From Alphaproteobacteria bacterium (GTDB taxonomy: Bacteria > Pseudomonadota > Alphaproteobacteria > UBA2966), in assembly GCA_964291395.2 (NCBI GenBank), contig OZ219856.1, positions 992,001 to 1,056,000 of the forward strand: a stretch of 64,000 nucleotides of DNA, written 5' to 3'. The stretch's first letter is position 1; each line of letters opens with the position of its first letter. Made by a program: the position numbers and the translations under genes. A model generated the notes under the pieces. It had not been told where the DNA came from. It worked only from the letters and a program-made list of their open reading frames with translations, and searched no databases. Shown here one piece after another: positions 59,120 to 64,000 of the stretch.

Positions 59120-60037
59120 TCATGCGGTGATCCCGTTGTCGGTGAGGAAGGCGTCGAACAGGGCAAAGCACCGTTCCGGCTCCTCCAGCTGCAGGAGGTG
59201 GCTGGTATCGGGCACGACGGTGTAATCGATGCCGAACGTCTCGCAGAACAGCGCGCAACAGCGCGCGGTCTTCGCCGCGTCGTCGGCCTCCGGATCGGAG
59301 CCGACGATCAGGAGCGGGCGCGAAGGCGGCACGGGCTGCCGCCAGATCGGCAGCTCGGCGACCTCGGTATAGAGACCGGCCTCCACTGGGCCTGGGCAGC
59401 AGAGCAGCCATTCTCCGCTCGATCGATCAAAGCGCAGCACCGAGCGCGCGTTCAGTTCCGCCACTCCCTTCCGCAGGCGTCGGAACCGGGGCCAGTGACG
59501 GAAGACGTCGGCCAGCTCCTCGGGGTCAGCGAACCGGTTCTGGCGGATCATGGCGGCGTCGCGCAGCACCTCGCCTGAGGTCATCAGCGGGGCACGCAGC
59601 GGATTGCCTTCCGGCGGGACCACCGGTGGGTCGAAAAGCACCAGTGCATCCCAGTGCCACACGCCGTCGACGACCGCGAGCAGAGCTGCGATCGATGACA
59701 TCGAATGGAAGACGCCGATCGTGGTCTTCTCACCCCATTCCTCGGCGATTGCGCCATGCACCGCCGCATTGTCGCGTGCGAAACGGACATAGTGATGCTG
59801 CTCGGCCGCGTGGAACGCGTTGCGTCCGCAGTTGCGGAAATCGAACAGGACGACGTCGAAGCGCTCCAGCATGTACCGCCAGAACGGAAAGTAGGAATCG
59901 CTCGTGAAGCCATTGCCGTGGCTCAGCACCACGCGCGGCCCGGATGGTTTACCGTGGCGCACGACGCGTATGGGCGCGCCGTCGTCCATCGCGAGGTCGA
60001 GGGTTGCGGTGGGCTCGGGCAGGACGAACCCGGTCAT
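59120..60037 (-). CDS. Alpha/beta hydrolase
   Basis: LSHGNGF, FDFRNCGRN, GVFHSMSS, LFDPP, SHLLQLEEPE. Confidence 0.88.
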   Translation of the reverse strand: MTGFVLPEPTATLDLAMDDGAPIRVVRHGKPSGPRVVLSHGNGFTSDSYFPFWRYMLERFDVVLFDFRNCGRNAFHAAEQHHYVRFARDNAAVHGAIAEEWGEKTTIGVFHSMSSIAALLAVVDGVWHWDALVLFDPPVVPPEGNPLRAPLMTSGEVLRDAAMIRQNRFADPEELADVFRHWPRFRRLRKGVAELNARSVLRFDRSSGEWLLCCPGPVEAGLYTEVAELPIWRQPVPPSRPLLIVGSDPEADDAAKTARCCALFCETFGIDYTVVPDTSHLLQLEEPERCFALFDAFLTDNGITA

Positions 60038-60149
60038 CCCTTGCCGAGCTTCCACGGCAGAACATGACGGACTCTTCACTTGTCGGTGTCTCCTGTTTTG
60101 GCTTTTTGCCGCGTGGACACGCGACGGCTTCCTCTACGGCCGGCGACAA

Positions 60150-60335
60150 CAGCCGCCTGCATGCGGCACCAGCCATAGGCTTCGAATTCGTCCTTGATCG
60201 CGTGCATGGTCCCGACCGGCGCGGTGTCGTCGGCAGAACCCTTCGGCTTGTCGTAGTAGGTGGGGCGCGCGATCCCCATCAGTCGGCATCCTTCGGCGAC
60301 GGAGAGGCCTTGGGGCCGGCGATGACGGACATGGG
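60150..60335 (-). mobile_element. IS3-family remnant (orfA/orfB junction)
   Basis: orfA-like end SVIAGPKASPSPKDAD* overlaps (TGATG) orfB-like MGIARPTYYDKP..DDTA..AIKDEFEAYGW.R. Truncated on both sides. Confidence 0.7.
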
Positions 60336-60767
60336 CGTCGATCCTTCGAATGCCCGGCGCACCGGTCAAATCATTTCAATCAACCTGTCCGACCCCGGGG
60401 GCCCATTCCACCACCCTTAAGAACTTACGCGCGAAATGACGGCCTTAGAGATCCCCTGCCTCGCCAGCTAGCATAATTCCTATCGCTAGTGAAACCGGTG
60501 TCCAGATAGATGGTGCTAGTCTTGGCGATATCATATGGCCAAACTCTCCTTCTGCGAATTACCCCCATCCCTAACGCCGCGCCTGACCTCATCCAGCGGC
60601 CTCTCAGACCGATCGGGGTACGAACGTCAGTCCCGGATGGACAACCTATTGAGAGATCACATCTAGCGGGTCTCAACCCCGTCGAGTCGCCTTTCACAAT
60701 TGAGTTCATCACAGTACCTTCGTCGACGCAGCAAGGGACACGGATGGTCGGGCGGAAACGGCTGACG

Positions 60768-62075
60768 ATGATGAGCGCCGAACGGAATGAATTGATCACC
60801 CGGACCGGCTCGGAGAGCGCCGCCGGGGCGGTGCTTCGCCGCTATTGGCAGCCGGTCGCCTTGACCGAGGAGCTGGAAGGCGAACGGCCTCTACGCGCGG
60901 TCCGCCTGCTCGGCGAGGACCTGGTGCTGTACCGGGACGAGGATGGCCGCCATGGTTTGCTGGGCCGGCACTGCAGCCACCGAGGGGCTGACCTCGCGTA
61001 CGGTCGGCTGGAGGACGGAGGCCTTCGCTGCGCCTTCCACGGATGGTTGTTCGATGCCGCGGGCGCGTGCCTTGAACAGCCCGCCGAGCCGGAAGGCAGC
61101 ACGCTCCGCGATCGCATCCGGCACAAGGCGTATCCCTGCGTGGAGAAGAACGGCGTGATCTTCGCGTTCCTCGGCGCTGGAGATCCTCCCCCATTTGCCG
61201 GACTGGACTGTTTTTCCGCACCCGACGCCTACACGTTCGCCTTCAAGGGTCTCGTCGATTGCAACTGGCTCCAGTTGCTGGAGGTCGGGATCGATCCGGC
61301 GCACGCGTCGTTTCTGCACCGCTTTGAAGAGGACGAGGAGGCGGAGAAGGGATATGGGCTCCAGTTCCGGGACGATGTGGCCGATAGCGGACTCGAGATG
61401 ACGCGGGTCATGCGGCAGTCGTGCAGGCCAGAGATCCACGTCGACGAGACGGACTACGGGTTACGCCTCATCACCCTTCGCGATCTCGACGACCGGAGCC
61501 TGCACGTCCGGGTCACGAATCTTCTGTTTCCGAACGCGATCGCCATTCCCATGAGCGACGAGATGACGATCACGCAGTGGCACGTGCCCTTGGACGACAC
61601 GACATCCTACTGGTATGCGATGTTCACGAGTTTCGGGGACCGAGTGGACAAACGACGCATGCGGGAGCAGCGGTTGGAGCTCTATGAATTGCCCGACTAC
61701 CGGCCCCGCATCAACAGGTCCAACAACTATGGATACGACCCGCTGGAGCAGGCCACAAGCACATTCACGGGCATGGGGTACGACATCAACGTCCACGACC
61801 AGTGGGCCTGTGAGTCGATGGGGGCGATTCAAGACCGGACGCAGGAGAATCTTGGGACGACCGACGTCGCCATCGCGGCCTATCGGCGGATGCTGCGCGA
61901 AGCCATCGACGAGGCACGGAAGGGTTCCGGCGCCCTGCCCATGGCGGGGACCGGCGACGATCTGGCAGCCGTCAATCCGGTGACGATCGACGCCGTGGCT
62001 CCGCGCGACCACTGGGAAGGCAGCTGGGAGGCGCGGGACCGGGCCCGCCGGGATCGATGCGTCTGGGCCGCCTAG
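60768..62075 (+). CDS. Rieske aromatic-ring oxygenase alpha subunit (phthalate 4,5-dioxygenase-like)
   Basis: RRYWQPV, CSHRG..CAFHGW Rieske motif, NWLQLLEVGIDPAHASFLH, HDQWACESMGAI.DRT.E.LG..D. Confidence 0.92.
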   Translation: MMSAERNELITRTGSESAAGAVLRRYWQPVALTEELEGERPLRAVRLLGEDLVLYRDEDGRHGLLGRHCSHRGADLAYGRLEDGGLRCAFHGWLFDAAGACLEQPAEPEGSTLRDRIRHKAYPCVEKNGVIFAFLGAGDPPPFAGLDCFSAPDAYTFAFKGLVDCNWLQLLEVGIDPAHASFLHRFEEDEEAEKGYGLQFRDDVADSGLEMTRVMRQSCRPEIHVDETDYGLRLITLRDLDDRSLHVRVTNLLFPNAIAIPMSDEMTITQWHVPLDDTTSYWYAMFTSFGDRVDKRRMREQRLELYELPDYRPRINRSNNYGYDPLEQATSTFTGMGYDINVHDQWACESMGAIQDRTQENLGTTDVAIAAYRRMLREAIDEARKGSGALPMAGTGDDLAAVNPVTIDAVAPRDHWEGSWEARDRARRDRCVWAA

Positions 62076-62152
62076 AGGCGGTTCAAGCCCAGCTTGAACC
62101 ACTATGGCCGTCTTGCAGCACTGATTTTCTGAACACCGGCATCGAGGTATGA

Positions 62153-63619
62153 ATGGCCAATCCCAAGGGAAGCATGGGACGCGCCGACTTCATCGATCGC
62201 CACGGGCTGTGGCGCGATGAACAGGCGGACGCGGCGCGGCGGGTCAGAAGCATCGTCGACGACAAGGCGCTCGAACTGGTGCGCCTCTCCTTCGCCGATC
62301 AACACGGTATCCTGAGGGGCAAGAGCGTCGTGGCGTCCGAGGTCGATCAGGCTTTCTCGGACGGCTGCACCATGACCACGACCTTGCTGTTCAAGGACAC
62401 CTCTCATCGCACCGTTTATTCGGTGTGGGAGCCGGCGGCCGGTATCGGTCGGACGGAGCTGGCAGGGGCCTGCGACTTCATCCTGGTTCCGGACCCGGGC
62501 ACCTTTTGCGTTCTACCCTGGGCCGAACGGACCGGGTGGATGCTGTGTGACATCTATCATCCCGACGGACGCCCGGTGCCGTATGCCACACGCCAGATCG
62601 GACGCGACGCTGTGTCGCGCCTCGCCGAGGCGGGATTTGACTACTTGTGCGGGCTCGAAGTGGAGTTCCACGTCCTCAAGCTGGTGGACCCCAAGCTTCT
62701 GCCCGGCCAGGCAGGCCAGCCCGGCGAGCCGCCGGAGGTGAGCCTTCTCACCCATGGCTATCAATACCTGACCGAGTTCCGGATGGACGAGTTGGAGCCG
62801 GTGCTCGAAATCATCCGCCGAGGCATCCTGGAGCTGGGGCTGCCGCTGCGTTCCATCGAGGTGGAGTACGGTCCCAGCCAGTGCGAGTTCACGTTCCAGC
62901 CGGCGTTCGGGATCGAGAGCGCCGACAACATGGTGCTGTTCCGCAGCGCCGTAAAACAGATCTGCCGGCGCCACGGCTACCACGGCACGTTCATGTGTCG
63001 GCCCAAGGTCAAAGACCTGTTCTCAAGCGGCTGGCACCTCCACCAGTCGCTCCGCGACCGGCAGACGAACGAGAACGCCTTCACGCCGAAGGAGAGGGGT
63101 GACATCCTGTCGCCCACGGGCTGTCGGTATGTCGCCGGCCTGCTCGATCACGCGGCGGCATCCTGTGTCTTCACCACACCGACCATCAACGGGTACAAGC
63201 GCTACCAACCGTATTCCCTGGCGCCGGAACGAGCGCTTTGGGCTCATGACAACAAGGGCGCCATGGTGCGGGCCCTGGGCGGCGCAGGCGATCCGGGCTC
63301 TCGGATCGAGAACCGGGTCGGCGAGCCGGCGGCCAATCCCTATCTCTATCTCGCCTCGCAGATCCATTCCGGTCTCGACGGGATCGAGCGATCGCTTGAG
63401 CCGCCGCCCCCGGACGACGCGCCCTATGCGTCCGACGCGCCGCGCCTGCCCGAGAGCCTGATTGAGGCGCTGGCGGCGTTGCGGGCGAGCGATCTGTTCC
63501 GGTCGGCGATGGGGGACGAGTTCGTGGACTACATTCTGACCATCAAGCAGGCGGAAGTATCGCGGTTCCTGTCGGAGGTCACGGACTGGGAACAGCGCGA
63601 ATATTTCGAGATTTTCTGA
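62153..63619 (+). CDS. Glutamine-synthetase-like (gamma-glutamyl ligase) protein
   Basis: FADQHGILRGK, GLEVEF, EYGPSQCE, SGWHLHQSL, NGYKR, RIENRVGEPAANPY, WEQREY. Confidence 0.9.
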   Translation: MANPKGSMGRADFIDRHGLWRDEQADAARRVRSIVDDKALELVRLSFADQHGILRGKSVVASEVDQAFSDGCTMTTTLLFKDTSHRTVYSVWEPAAGIGRTELAGACDFILVPDPGTFCVLPWAERTGWMLCDIYHPDGRPVPYATRQIGRDAVSRLAEAGFDYLCGLEVEFHVLKLVDPKLLPGQAGQPGEPPEVSLLTHGYQYLTEFRMDELEPVLEIIRRGILELGLPLRSIEVEYGPSQCEFTFQPAFGIESADNMVLFRSAVKQICRRHGYHGTFMCRPKVKDLFSSGWHLHQSLRDRQTNENAFTPKERGDILSPTGCRYVAGLLDHAAASCVFTTPTINGYKRYQPYSLAPERALWAHDNKGAMVRALGGAGDPGSRIENRVGEPAANPYLYLASQIHSGLDGIERSLEPPPPDDAPYASDAPRLPESLIEALAALRASDLFRSAMGDEFVDYILTIKQAEVSRFLSEVTDWEQREYFEIF

Positions 63620-63636
63620 TCGCCGCCCGGCTTCTC

Positions 63637-63999
63637 TCATCGAGAGCCTGGCTGCCCGCCCGGCGTGATGTCTCCGGCGATCACGTGACGGCCGGCACCC
63701 GTGGCGGCCGGCGCGTTTCCCGCCTCTCCCTGAATGGTTTGGTTGCCGATCGCCATCATGGTCAGCACCTCGCGCGCTTGGACCGGAACGCCGAGATCGT
63801 CCAGCGTGCGGACCGGAATGGGGGCCAGGCGCTCGCGGATGAGGTCGACGAGCGTGGTGTTCGATGCGCCGCCGCCGGCAAGGAAGATCTCGTCGATGGC
63901 GATGCGCGGCAGGATATGTTCCCGGTAGGCGAAGGCGATGCTGTCCGCCGTGAACGCCGCCGCGGTGGCCAGCAGATCGGCGTCGGAGAGGCCAATCTC
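63637..63999 (-). CDS. anmK: Anhydro-N-acetylmuramic acid kinase, C-terminal part (gene starts beyond the window)
   Basis: Hand translation: DLLATAAAFTADSIA..IFLAGGGASN..LGVP..ARE..GNAPAATGA..G.I.PG*. Confidence 0.8.
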   Translation of the reverse strand, partial: EIGLSDADLLATAAAFTADSIAFAYREHILPRIAIDEIFLAGGGASNTTLVDLIRERLAPIPVRTLDDLGVPVQAREVLTMMAIGNQTIQGEAGNAPAATGAGRHVIAGDITPGGQPGSR

Positions 64000-64000
64000 T

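Noticed and set aside
1-64000. In-frame TGA selenoprotein genes, given selABC
   Set aside because: No gene showed homology-like continuation past a TGA or a CxxU/UxxC motif by eye. A SECIS scan was not run, so small ones could be missed.

Overview
A GC-rich chromosomal segment, probably alphaproteobacterial (stand-alone, Cys-motif-free alpha-type rpsD; full-length putA). It carries about 50 mostly catabolic and transport genes. These include three luciferase-like monooxygenases, PhyH and TauD/TfdA dioxygenases, two GSTs, haloacid dehalogenase, dienelactone hydrolase, amidase, a CoA-transferase/crotonase pair, TTT and TRAP transporters and several MFS pumps. A selA-selB-selC (tRNA-Sec) cluster lies at the centre. 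Intergenic spaces contain many scars: IS1595 and IS3 remnants, frameshifted or truncated genes, and small repeated hairpins. Best candidates for undescribed biology: (1) a coupled operon of a small protein, a large nitroreductase-fold protein and a divergent GcvT-like aminomethyltransferase (26.6-29.3 kb), possibly a new flavin/folate demethylase; (2) an NCS2 permease fused to a degenerate RsbW/GHKL-like domain (52.8-54.6 kb), possibly a transceptor; (3) a tandem non-coding structured repeat at 10.7-11.0 kb plus a dispersed hairpin family; (4) a Rieske oxygenase plus glutamine-synthetase-like pair. All calls come from reading motifs by eye; no database searches were run and several start codons are best guesses.
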